Source of the DNA: Nitrosopumilales archaeon
GTDB lineage: Archaea > Thermoproteota > Nitrososphaeria > Nitrososphaerales > Nitrososphaeraceae
Direction: 5' to 3'
NCBI GenBank assembly: GCA_044507735.1
Contig: JBIQJB010000002.1
Span: 64,001 to 128,000, forward strand
Length of the DNA: 64,000 nucleotides
Shown here: positions 10,020 to 19,250 of the stretch, piece by piece
How the letters are laid out: each line of letters starts with the position of its first letter
How positions within the stretch are numbered: position 1 is the first letter of the stretch
Notes under the pieces: generated by a model
What the model was told of the DNA's origin: nothing
Seen by the model: only the letters and a program-made list of their open reading frames with translations
The model's database searches: none
Program-made: the position numbers and the translations under genes

Positions 10020-10678
10020 AGCTTGGAGATTCTAGATCTGATAAATTCAAGAGTCTTTGAAGAGCCCTGGACAGCCTCTTTGGCCAACTGTGTTGCATCC
10101 TCAGGCGTATCAATGTCTACCATCAGTTTTCTTGAAAAGTAGAGTTTTACGGGCACGCCCAACTTGTTTGCCGACCTGATGTGTGAATCATAACTGTCGT
10201 TGTCATACCAAGTTCTTATCGCAGAAGGAGGTTTTCTGAGTAACAAATTGGTGCCGTCGTACCGCAAAGAAGGGCAGATCACAATACAGCTTCTTTCGTC
10301 TTCTGCCATTTTGCAGACCATGTCGATGTCGTAAGGATCTAGTAGTGGGAGATCCTGTGGGATCACTATGGTCGCGTCTGCCCCTTGGTCAGTGCAGTAG
10401 TGGTCGGCCAATTCCACAGCAGAGTTGACGCCGTTTTCTCTGTCCTCGTGAAGGAACCTGGCCCCGCGTTTTGAGGCTATTTCTTCGGCCCGTCTGTCGC
10501 CTGACACAACGACTATGCTGTCCTGTTGCAGAGATTTTACTCCTCTTAGAGCAGACAAAGTGTCGTCTAACATCAATCCTGATAAACTTATGCGATCGTC
10601 TGCACTAAGCAGTGGCGAAAGGCGGGTCTTACCATGCTCAAATTTCTTCACCGGGACGATAGCAAATGTCTTCATCAT
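10016..10678 (-). CDS. cofC: 2-phospho-L-lactate/PEP guanylyltransferase (F420 biosynthesis)
   Basis: AIVPVKKFEHGKTRLSPLL, DGTNLL and DIDTPED motifs; overlaps cofD. Confidence 0.93.
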   Translation of the reverse strand: MMKTFAIVPVKKFEHGKTRLSPLLSADDRISLSGLMLDDTLSALRGVKSLQQDSIVVVSGDRRAEEIASKRGARFLHEDRENGVNSAVELADHYCTDQGADATIVIPQDLPLLDPYDIDMVCKMAEDERSCIVICPSLRYDGTNLLLRKPPSAIRTWYDNDSYDSHIRSANKLGVPVKLYFSRKLMVDIDTPEDATQLAKEAVQGSSKTLEFIRSRISKL

Positions 10679-11607
10679 GCTCTCCTGCTTCTTCCGACCT
10701 CTCTCAAAATGTACCTGGCAAGCCTGAGTTCATCTTGTCTTGTTCTCATAGTTATGTTTGTTTCGTACACATTCATGCCAAGTGCTTCTATTCTGCGAGC
10801 CATACGATGATCGCTTTTAGAGATCAAAAAAGCCCCAACAAAATCACTATAATGCTTTGCAACGCCGACAGGTGAATTCTCGATTCCAAGCGCTTTCATA
10901 TATTTTACCGCCGGACCGCTAACTGCTTTTTCGCCTATTAATGGTGAAATTGCGACAACCTTGTGTCTGTTGCGCACAAGCTCCTTTCGCAGACCTGGGA
11001 TGGAGACGATCGGCCCAATGCTCGATATAGGGTTCGCTGGTGCGACAACTGTCACATCAGACCTTCTTATCGCATCGATGGCATCTCTGCTTGGGTTCGC
11101 GCTGGCCGCTCCTGCATAGCGTATGCCTAAGACCCTTGGGGTTCCTTTGTTCTTGACCCAAAATTCTTGAAGATGCATTTCACCCTTTGGCGTTGCAATT
11201 CTGGTCGTAACTTCGCTGTCTGTAGCTGGAATTATCTTGGCTGAGATCGAATATCGACGACGCATAAAGTCCGTGACTTCTGATAGGTTCTTGCCCGCTT
11301 TGACCATTTCTGTCCTCAGCAGGTGGGTTGCAATGTCAAAGTCTCCAAGACCGAACCAAGTCGAAGCGCCAAGTCTTTTCAGCTGCGTCAGACAGTTGAA
11401 CGAGTCGCCCTTGATGCCCCACCCGCGCCTTTTATCCAGAATTCCTGCCAAGCCATAGACTATTGTGTCAATGTCCGGGCATACATAAAGGCCATGGAGC
11501 CAAATGTTGTCACCGACGTTGGAAATCACGGTCATTTCCTTAGTCAATTTGTCAAGGCCCCTGACAAGTTTTACAGACCCTGTGCCTCCTGAGAGAACCG
11601 TTATCAA
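10675..11607 (-). CDS. cofD: 2-phospho-L-lactate transferase (F420 biosynthesis)
   Basis: ITVLSGGTGSVKL, NVGDN, CPDIDT, HLQEFWV, PANPISSIGPI and VSGPA motifs. Confidence 0.95.
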   Translation of the reverse strand: MITVLSGGTGSVKLVRGLDKLTKEMTVISNVGDNIWLHGLYVCPDIDTIVYGLAGILDKRRGWGIKGDSFNCLTQLKRLGASTWFGLGDFDIATHLLRTEMVKAGKNLSEVTDFMRRRYSISAKIIPATDSEVTTRIATPKGEMHLQEFWVKNKGTPRVLGIRYAGAASANPSRDAIDAIRRSDVTVVAPANPISSIGPIVSIPGLRKELVRNRHKVVAISPLIGEKAVSGPAVKYMKALGIENSPVGVAKHYSDFVGAFLISKSDHRMARRIEALGMNVYETNITMRTRQDELRLARYILREVGRSRRA

Positions 11608-11869
11608 GTATTATCATTATAAAATTTGCATTTTATTATACGTGCCGAGTTGAGCGGGTCGTTCGCCTAATTCATCTTGACGGGGTGCAAACTGCGTTTC
11701 ACCCGATCATTTTCGGATTCAACGGAGTATTTTTTCCCCATTGTGTTGTTAAACCGCTGGAAGAATGATGCATACCGCTAGTACTGTCATCCGGGACATA
11801 CCCGGGATAGCGATGTCATGTTTGCCAGTAATGTCATGAAGATTCCGACATCGCGTCCGGATAAGGTGA

Positions 11870-13000
11870 TTGCGCATGACAAAAAAAGCAAGTACATTCA
11901 TAGAAGCTCCCCATAAGATAAGGATTATAAACCAGACGGAGTCAAGTTCTCCCGTGAAGTACTCCGCCACCGTACTGTCTGGAATACTCGCCTCGATTTT
12001 AGTTTCAAGTTTTGTTTCTCAGGCATATGCAGCAGACGTGACCGCGTTCTTGGTTCCATCGCGCAACAGCGCGCAGAGTTCATTCATTGGAGTCAAGACC
12101 GTCACTTTGAGCTATCCTCAGGGCAGCTCTATCTCACAGGCGCTTAATGGGGAAGTTAAACGCATTTCATTCACTTTGAACGGCACAGCTGGTCAGCAGG
12201 ACCCAGCTGGCGTCGGTCAAGCAATAGACTTGATAAACGAAGCTCTGATTGATGCCAAGAGCCCTGTTCAGGCCTCTTCTGCCTCTATATCATATACTGC
12301 AGTACTCCGCGGAGATGCCTCACGTGCAACTATTTCTTACAAGACTGAAATCAAACCAGTTCTGGAGAACTACCTCCTGGAGGATCAGGGGTCAAGTAAG
12401 ATAGTTGATCTTGAATGGAGGGGTATTACTGTAAATGCTCCAATGGTGCTCAATGCTCCTGATGTCGGACAAATAGATGTCAACCACCCTAGTGGCCTAC
12501 TTGAAGCACTTTATCCTGACATTGCAACCCAGCTCTTGAATAGCGATGCTCGTCAAGTATTGGTGGACCCGATCCTGAACTTTGAACAATTTGACGCCCC
12601 GCTTTCTTCATGGCATGTGCTCTTTGATCCTGTAGGTGCCTACGGGTCAAGCGTAGGTCTTCAGGGAACGGAAGGCGCACAAGTACTTTCTGTGTATTCA
12701 TTGGGTGAGAGCAGTCTAAGAGAAGGAACTCATGAGCCGATAGAGAAGGATGCTTCTGTAACCATCGACGGAGCGAATGTGCGTGTACATTCTACGACTC
12801 CTCCGCCGAACGCTCAGCTAACGATCGCAGGATATTCTGCCGTACAGGAATCTGGAGGTTCCGAATTTGCAGTAGTCACTCTTGAGGCACCAGCGGGCGT
12901 GCAGACTTCAACAGGCGGATTTCCTATCCAAGTCCTCTTGGTTCTAGGCGGCATGATGGGCGCAATAGCCATCTTTATCCTGATCAAGGCAAGAAAGTAG
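11870..13000 (+). CDS. Secreted cell-surface protein with C-terminal membrane anchor
   Basis: Signal-like segment ending AYAA; C-terminal TM helix followed by KARK; true start likely downstream of 11870. Confidence 0.7.
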   Translation: MRMTKKASTFIEAPHKIRIINQTESSSPVKYSATVLSGILASILVSSFVSQAYAADVTAFLVPSRNSAQSSFIGVKTVTLSYPQGSSISQALNGEVKRISFTLNGTAGQQDPAGVGQAIDLINEALIDAKSPVQASSASISYTAVLRGDASRATISYKTEIKPVLENYLLEDQGSSKIVDLEWRGITVNAPMVLNAPDVGQIDVNHPSGLLEALYPDIATQLLNSDARQVLVDPILNFEQFDAPLSSWHVLFDPVGAYGSSVGLQGTEGAQVLSVYSLGESSLREGTHEPIEKDASVTIDGANVRVHSTTPPPNAQLTIAGYSAVQESGGSEFAVVTLEAPAGVQTSTGGFPIQVLLVLGGMMGAIAIFILIKARK

Positions 13001-13013
13001 AAACAACCGTAGT

Positions 13014-13042
13014 AGCGCAGGAGGTCGTCACCTCCTGACGCT
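13014..13042 (+). terminator. Hairpin downstream of the surface-protein gene
   Basis: CAGGAGGT-CGTC-ACCTCCTG perfect 8-bp stem, extended by AGCG/CGCT. Confidence 0.4.
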
Positions 13043-13124
13043 TAATCTTATTTCACAAGCAAGTACATACAATTTCGATCATAATGCCTATTATCTAAAA
13101 TCTCGCTTGTATACTCCGTACATA

Positions 13125-13277
13125 ATGAGAACGGAGGAAGAGGCAAAATACAACCTCGACGAGCAGATTTTCGAATTGTATGACAGCGGAATGTCCGTCG
13201 AATTCATATGCAACAAGCTCTCGACCACTCTTGACTATGTCAACTCCGTTCTCGGCAGTGTCCCAGTGGAAGCCTAG
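13125..13277 (+). CDS. 50-aa small HTH-like protein
   Basis: Hand-translated MRTEEEAKYNLDEQIFELYDSGMSVEFICNKLSTTLDYVNSVLGSVPVEA. Confidence 0.55.
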   Translation: MRTEEEAKYNLDEQIFELYDSGMSVEFICNKLSTTLDYVNSVLGSVPVEA

Positions 13278-13293
13278 TTTGATCCGGCTTGGC

Positions 13294-13848
13294 CTACCCC
13301 TCTTCCCTCAAATATTGACCCGCGTCTGCTACTGTTGTTATGGTAATCCTTCCCCTTTGCATTAGCAACCTGCCAGTAAACCTTGTCCTACCGACTCCTA
13401 TTGATTCTCCATTTTCATTCAAGATTATCACAAGCTCATTCTCTTCTAGCATGTCCGATGCATCTCTTATCGAATCACCCATTATGTCCCTGCCATAGAG
13501 GACTAGCTTTTCAGCATTTTCATTCACTGTGACGTAATACCTGTTGTTACTGCCTTTCTTTCTACTGTTTATTCTGGCAAAAAGGTCGGCGCCAGCGACA
13601 GATGGCACAAACTCTTTTCTCAATTCACCGATTGCAAAGCCCATTGCAAAAGGGCTCACCGCCGCCAATTCTTCAAGCTCTTTGGCGACAAGCCAGATTG
13701 TTCTCGCCGCAGTCACCTCTTCTTTGTCTTCATGCTGCTGTACCATTAGCAACTTTTCCTTAAAGAATTCAAAGACTCCCCACCTGTCAAGGGCCCTATT
13801 TATCCTCGTTCTTTCTGCCAATGTGGGTTTTCGGTATATTGCAGTCAA
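13294..13848 (-). CDS. Nip7-like PUA-domain ribosome biogenesis protein
   Basis: AEKLVLYGRDIMGDSI...VADAGQYLRE; TTG start overlaps the stop of the upstream methyltransferase. Confidence 0.8.
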   Translation of the reverse strand: MTAIYRKPTLAERTRINRALDRWGVFEFFKEKLLMVQQHEDKEEVTAARTIWLVAKELEELAAVSPFAMGFAIGELRKEFVPSVAGADLFARINSRKKGSNNRYYVTVNENAEKLVLYGRDIMGDSIRDASDMLEENELVIILNENGESIGVGRTRFTGRLLMQRGRITITTVADAGQYLREEG

Positions 13849-14801
13849 TTGACCCTCAACTTCGCTATGAAAAAGCCCGTGGTATCGTGTACGTGCGGAT
13901 ACAGGCGACATGCGTTTTGCAACTGTCTGTCAAACGTCACATTGCCGAATTTTGTCAGCCCGCTCGTCCCATATTTCAGGGGTTCAATTGTAATATTGCC
14001 AAACTTTTTCAGGAGTCGATCGACCACCATTTCATTCTCCTCGGGTGCAAATGAACAGGTGGAATACACCAGTATTCCTCCTGGCTTGACTGTCCTAGTG
14101 GCTGCTTCGATCAGCCTATCTTGTCTGTTAGAACAGTAGTCGACGTCTTGTGGAGTGTGGCTTGTCTTCCTCCTAGCGTCTTTGGCGATCACGCCTTCGC
14201 AGCTACATGGAGCATCCAAGAGTACCCTGTCAAACTTTCTTTCGAGCTTCTCCACCTGCAGGCCGTCCATCTTCAATATGCACGTGTTGTATACTCCACA
14301 GCGCGTGAGGTTAAACAACATAGACCTTGCTCTTTTCCCGTTTGGCTCTAGTGCAATGATGGAGCCGGTGTTCTTCATCCTTTGCGCCATGAATGTGGTC
14401 TTGCCGCCAGGGGCAGCTGCAATGTCAAGAGCGTACTGGTTTTCACAGGCATCTAGAGAATCGACAGCCAAGCAGGAGCTGAGGTCCTGGATATAGTAGT
14501 GACCCAAAAGATATTCATTCGTCGCCCCAATCGCCATCGGCGCCCTCTTTACAGCAAGAACTTCCGGGACTATTGTTTTTTCTAGTTCAAATCCTTTTGA
14601 GCGCAGCCTTGTTTCAAGGTCTTCCACGCAAGTCTTGAGAGTGTTGACCCTGACATATTGTGTCGGAGATCTCTCCATTTTGTCCAGAAAATCCTTTACT
14701 CTGGGCACAAATTCTAAGAACCTACTGACGAGCCACCCGTCGTAGCCGTACTTGGAGGACAGCTCAGACGACTCTGTCGAATCTGGAAATATCAGCGTCA
14801 A
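13845..14801 (-). CDS. RsmB/NOP2-family RNA (cytosine-C5) methyltransferase
   Basis: YYIQDLSS, DIAAAPGGKT, LLDAPCS and VYSTCS motifs. Confidence 0.95.
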   Translation of the reverse strand: MTLIFPDSTESSELSSKYGYDGWLVSRFLEFVPRVKDFLDKMERSPTQYVRVNTLKTCVEDLETRLRSKGFELEKTIVPEVLAVKRAPMAIGATNEYLLGHYYIQDLSSCLAVDSLDACENQYALDIAAAPGGKTTFMAQRMKNTGSIIALEPNGKRARSMLFNLTRCGVYNTCILKMDGLQVEKLERKFDRVLLDAPCSCEGVIAKDARRKTSHTPQDVDYCSNRQDRLIEAATRTVKPGGILVYSTCSFAPEENEMVVDRLLKKFGNITIEPLKYGTSGLTKFGNVTFDRQLQNACRLYPHVHDTTGFFIAKLRVN

Positions 14802-14846
14802 CTTGATGACGAAGTTCCTGCGTTCTTTCTCATTAATATAATATCT

Positions 14847-15233
14847 TTATCTTCCTGCACCCGGTAGACCTAGCACTTTGGTGGGTGAACGGTAGTTGCT
14901 TTCTAGTGAAATCCCTTCATTTGTGGTGACCTTTACCGTAGAGACCTGGGTTTCGGGGTCGGGATAGAAATAATAAGATTGGCCCGGAGCAAGGAGCGGC
15001 ATTTGCTGTATGTCGTTCGCTCCCATCTCGACTACAATCCCTGTCAATTGTTGGGTCCCCACGTTTGTCATCCTTACTCTGTATTGGATGCCGACATCGG
15101 TGGTATCCCTGATGGCATCAACTTCGAGCGCAAAGGGTGGTCTCGTAGCCTCTTGGTAAGCTAAATAGGCCGCGATGGCAACGGCCACTGTTACAATAAT
15201 GCCGATCACATAAACTCGCTGCGGCATGTGCAT
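14847..15233 (-). CDS. Hypothetical membrane-anchored protein
   Basis: N-terminal TM helix followed by an Ig-like beta domain. Confidence 0.65.
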   Translation of the reverse strand: MHMPQRVYVIGIIVTVAVAIAAYLAYQEATRPPFALEVDAIRDTTDVGIQYRVRMTNVGTQQLTGIVVEMGANDIQQMPLLAPGQSYYFYPDPETQVSTVKVTTNEGISLESNYRSPTKVLGLPGAGR

Positions 15234-15453
15234 ATATTGTGAGTAGATGGTGGTAATTAAACTGGGGGCCGACCTCTCTGGAACAGCAGGTTCTGGTATA
15301 GTGCAGAAAGCAATCAGAGCTTCCCTCTGCCTTGTGGCAGTCCACCATTATATCCGCAAGACATCATCCCAAATGCGATAGCCACGGCTGTTCTCGTCTC
15401 CGCATAGAGTCTGCCTCTGCAACAGTGGCCCCGGTTTGTAGAGAGGCAGCGAT

Positions 15454-15888
15454 ATGTATCAAGTATTTACCTTTAAATCCGTTGATTGCTCAGCTGAAGC
15501 TGAACTGATGCACCCCGATGACCTCAAGGTGTTTTGGCTGTGTGGCAAATGTGGCCGGTATTTTGCATTCCATTCTGATGTTGAGGCCCACAAGAGACAG
15601 TTCAATCATTCCATGATGATCCTGTATAATTGGGAAGACAATGGGAAAAAAGAGCTGTTCACCCGGGGCCGGCTGTCGCTCACCTTCAAGATTGGAGGGC
15701 GGTCTTCACAGATGGTAGTTGAGTACGAATACTACCCATCGACTGACACGATTAATTATATTGACGTGCATTACACAGATGCTTACCTGCGGACAAGAGT
15801 AGAAGGTGATATCATGATGATGCAAAATATCGACAACTATCTAAGGAGAATGCTAGGCAGCAGCAAGAAAATATCCACAATCAGATAG
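15454..15888 (+). CDS. C2H2 zinc-finger-containing hypothetical protein
   Basis: CGKCGRYFAFHSDVEAHKRQFNH. Confidence 0.7.
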   Translation: MYQVFTFKSVDCSAEAELMHPDDLKVFWLCGKCGRYFAFHSDVEAHKRQFNHSMMILYNWEDNGKKELFTRGRLSLTFKIGGRSSQMVVEYEYYPSTDTINYIDVHYTDAYLRTRVEGDIMMMQNIDNYLRRMLGSSKKISTIR

Positions 15889-16408
15889 TGGTATCGCAAT
15901 AATTCTCTTCACAAGTTCTCCTGCTGTGATTTGTTTTCTGGCGGACCGTCTTGTCTTGTCGAGATCCGATTGTTCCAACAAGATTATTTTTATCTGTTCT
16001 TCAGACACAAAGCAAATGGGACCGCCGCATCTTGACCTTTTCTTTCTAGATTTCTAATCCGTTCATCCTATGAGTCCTAACAAATAACCCTTGGCTTTAC
16101 GGCTTTACTTATCTATCGCGCCCTCGCAGAACCTCTACTGGGCGCACTCTAAGTTCTCGTGCTGCGGGAGCAACAGCGCAATGTTGCTGGTATCAGGTAC
16201 TTTTCTGGAGACATCCAAGATACTTGCACCAAAATAATCAATCAAACAGCAACTACAGATATCGCGCTTGCCCCTCTTTCCAGAGGAGATAACATTCTAG
16301 AATTACACAAGACCGTAACACTTACCTTTTTTCGCTTAACCGATCTCGATTGGACTCAGTCAAAATGAGATATGATATGATGCCTTGGCACTTCCTGATC
16401 GTCTTCAG

Positions 16409-16795
16409 TCACATCTCGTTTACAAGATGCTTCTCTACGACCTTGCATATGCTGGAAAGCATGAATGGCTTCTTCAAAAGGTTGTCCGTCCCAAAAAATT
16501 GCAAGTCCTTCTGGATCTCTTGGGCGGTCATTTCAAAGGCGGTCATGAGCAAGAACTTGACATCAGGTGCGATCTGTCTGGCGTTCCTCACAAATTCGAT
16601 GCCACTCATCCCAGGCATCCTGATATCTATAATGAGGAGAGCATAGTCGTTGTGATACTGACCAAAATGTGTGAGGGCCTTCACAGGCTCGGAGAAAGTG
16701 TCGACATCGTGGCCATATTTCTTCAACCCCGTCTCAACCAGCTTGAGGATGTCCGGCTCGTCATCTATGACCATGATTTTTCTCTTGGCAGACAA
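16409..16795 (-). CDS. Single-domain response regulator (CheY-like receiver)
   Basis: IMVIDDE, IDIRMPGMSG, LMTA and KPF motifs. Confidence 0.93.
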   Translation of the reverse strand: MSAKRKIMVIDDEPDILKLVETGLKKYGHDVDTFSEPVKALTHFGQYHNDYALLIIDIRMPGMSGIEFVRNARQIAPDVKFLLMTAFEMTAQEIQKDLQFFGTDNLLKKPFMLSSICKVVEKHLVNEM

Positions 16796-16975
16796 TGGCT
16801 GATTCCTGAATAGTCCTAATTATCTTTCGGTTCCGTTGCATAACGAGATGCAGTCAGACCGGGAGTAATATTATGTGCAACACAGCATAATCGATTTGGC
16901 GAATTCGTGATGTAGTAACAGCAATACAATCTACCATGCGGATATTCTATCTAACAAAAAAGAAGGGAAGAGAGC

Positions 16976-17437
16976 CTAGCCAGTTGTTGCCTCTTCAACA
17001 ATTACACTTCCTCTAAACCAAGGATGGATATTGCTCAGATAATCGTACCTGCCTTTCTCTGTGAATGTGAAAGACCAAGTTCCACCATCAGATGGAATTA
17101 GACTTTTCACTTTGCCAAATTCTGTGCTTTCATCTTCGCCTATTATCCTCTCTGGAGCGGTGCTCTTGTTTATCCAAACAACCGTATTATTGACCCCCAA
17201 TACAACTCTGACTTCCTTTGGGTCAGGGCTAGCGCTGCCATTTGGATCTGAGCTATTTTCAGGGATGGTTACGGTGACAGACTGAGGAGGATGAATTATG
17301 TCTGATGCATAGGTGTTCCGTGGCATGGTACTGTTGATGATTATGCCTACTACAACTGCCAAAGTGATTCCTGCCGCTATTGCTACTATAACTGGTTTGG
17401 TTCTTCTGTTGGATTTGCCTTTTGCTTCTGTTGACAT
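16976..17437 (-). CDS. Membrane-anchored cupredoxin-fold protein with substituted type-1 Cu ligands
   Basis: TM helix, then VVLGVNNTVVWIN...WSFTFTEKGRYDYLSNIHPWFRGSVIV. Confidence 0.8.
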   Translation of the reverse strand: MSTEAKGKSNRRTKPVIVAIAAGITLAVVVGIIINSTMPRNTYASDIIHPPQSVTVTIPENSSDPNGSASPDPKEVRVVLGVNNTVVWINKSTAPERIIGEDESTEFGKVKSLIPSDGGTWSFTFTEKGRYDYLSNIHPWFRGSVIVEEATTG

Positions 17438-17585
17438 GCATGTAAATTTACGACTGCTTGCTACTTTATCATGATGTTTGTATTTCTTGTTCAAAGTTGG
17501 ATTCAGACCTGTTCCAATATTGGAACAGCCAAGACGAAGGTTTTCTTTAATATCAAGAGGATATGAAATCACATTGGAATTATGC

Positions 17586-18051
17586 ATGTCAGTAAATGAT
17601 GATAATAAGCGTGATAGCAAGACGACGGATGCCGAACTAAAGGAAGCCTTGCAGGGCAAGACGCTACAAGTCTATCTTATGCTGCTAGATTCCCCTGACC
17701 CTATTGGGGGCTAGAGAGATACAAAGAAGGCTTGATTATTCAAGCGTCAATGTAGCTGTCCATCACTTAGAAAAGCTTTGCAGAGTAGGTCTAGCAGTAA
17801 AAGATGAGCATGGCAGGTATTCTGTGTCAAGAAAGGTAAGCATAGGAATAATGGAACTATTTATGAACGTAGGAAGGGTGCGCTTTCCAAGGCTTTTGTT
17901 TTATGCTGCCTTTTTTGCAGCTCTAGCCATCATGTATTTTGTTACTGCACCCATAGTAGTTGGAAGAGATAGTGTATATGTCATGATATTTGCAATAGTC
18001 GGAACAGGATTGCTTGCTTATGAAGCGTTCAAGGTTTGGCGGCAGATATGA
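17586..18051 (+). pseudogene. Membrane-tethered winged-helix regulator, frameshifted at a G5 run (17706-17710)
   Basis: LQGKTLQVYLMLLDSPDPIG joins AREIQRRLDYSSVNVAVHHLEKL if one G is removed; two C-terminal TM helices. Confidence 0.8.
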
Positions 18052-18124
18052 TTAGCTATTCAAAGTAACCAAAATGCTCAAATGCTTTTGGATAAAGTGA
18101 TAAATCTTACTATCGCGATAATAT

Positions 18125-18565
18125 GTGCATAATTTGAGCTCTGCCAAAGGCTCCAAGCTCTTTGCAGGTGATAAGAAAAGTATTATCAGAATACTTACAA
18201 TGTCGTTATTTGCTTTAGGTACAACAGCAGGCATACTATTTGCATATCAGCAATTTACAAAACCGGCTATTCCAATTCTAATAGCAGAGAAAGACGCAGT
18301 ACAACTAGCAATAAAAGAAGGGAACTGGGATGAGCAGCGTCTTGACGATAAGAAAATTGAAGCTACTCTCTTGCACGTGAAAGCAAATGGCTTTTCATTT
18401 ATAGTTGACAAAACAACACTGCATGACACTTTGACACTTTATCACAGCCAATTTCCCGAATACGAAGACAAGTACATATGGATAGTAAGTATTACGGCGC
18501 CTAACAATAGAGACTGGGGTTATGTAATAGGTGCCACTAGTGGCGATGTACTGATGCAACCATAG
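18125..18565 (+). CDS. Membrane-anchored protein with PepSY-like extracellular domain
   Basis: TM helix, IAEKDAVQLA...YIWIVSI...YVIGATSGDVL. Confidence 0.6.
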   Translation: MHNLSSAKGSKLFAGDKKSIIRILTMSLFALGTTAGILFAYQQFTKPAIPILIAEKDAVQLAIKEGNWDEQRLDDKKIEATLLHVKANGFSFIVDKTTLHDTLTLYHSQFPEYEDKYIWIVSITAPNNRDWGYVIGATSGDVLMQP

Positions 18566-18615
18566 CTCTATGTATAACGTAACTAGTACTGCAACAAACC
18601 AAACCCATATGTGAT

Positions 18616-19176
18616 TCAGCTCGCTACGTTTACCTTAAATACGTAAGTAACAAATCCAGTAGGTTCAGCAGGATCATTGCTACTGTTGCTCCATTCGGCA
18701 GTCGCTTTCAAAATACATTCGCCTTTATCGGTGTTGATTACATATGTATTCGCAGAGCCATCACCTAGCTTCTGCAATTCTCCAATCTGATTGCGATTAT
18801 TGACATCAAGAACTTCTACAGTGAATGTATCAGGCTGTGATGACGCTTTAATGATAAATTGTACAGTTGATCCTTTGTTTACTCTTACCGATTCCTCAGG
18901 GATACTAGCTGTACTTGACATCTCTTGACCATTCCAGTCTCGACCCCACATTATCCCGCTATACTCTTTGCCATTGTAAAGCATTATGACCTGAGGAATT
19001 TCGCCAAAATTTTGAGTTGGCTTTGCCGCGGGTCGAAAGTTAAATGGACTATTTGTTAATGCTGAAGAGATAATCACTCCTGCAATAATTACAACAGCAG
19101 CTGCTATTCCAGCGATGATAGCCAACCTGTTACCGTGCGTACTATCATTTTTTACTCTATCGTCACTCATTATCAT
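18616..19176 (-). CDS. Hypothetical membrane-anchored protein
   Basis: N-terminal TM helix followed by a beta-rich domain. Confidence 0.65.
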   Translation of the reverse strand: MIMSDDRVKNDSTHGNRLAIIAGIAAAVVIIAGVIISSALTNSPFNFRPAAKPTQNFGEIPQVIMLYNGKEYSGIMWGRDWNGQEMSSTASIPEESVRVNKGSTVQFIIKASSQPDTFTVEVLDVNNRNQIGELQKLGDGSANTYVINTDKGECILKATAEWSNSSNDPAEPTGFVTYVFKVNVAS

Positions 19177-19250
19177 TCACCAACGCGCTAATGTGCGCTA
19201 TAACTTTTCTGGGTTCAAAAAATAGAGGGAGATTGGATTGGTTGATTAGC

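Noticed and set aside
15890-16400. Possible gene between the zinc-finger and receiver genes
   Set aside because: Only short ORFs without motifs
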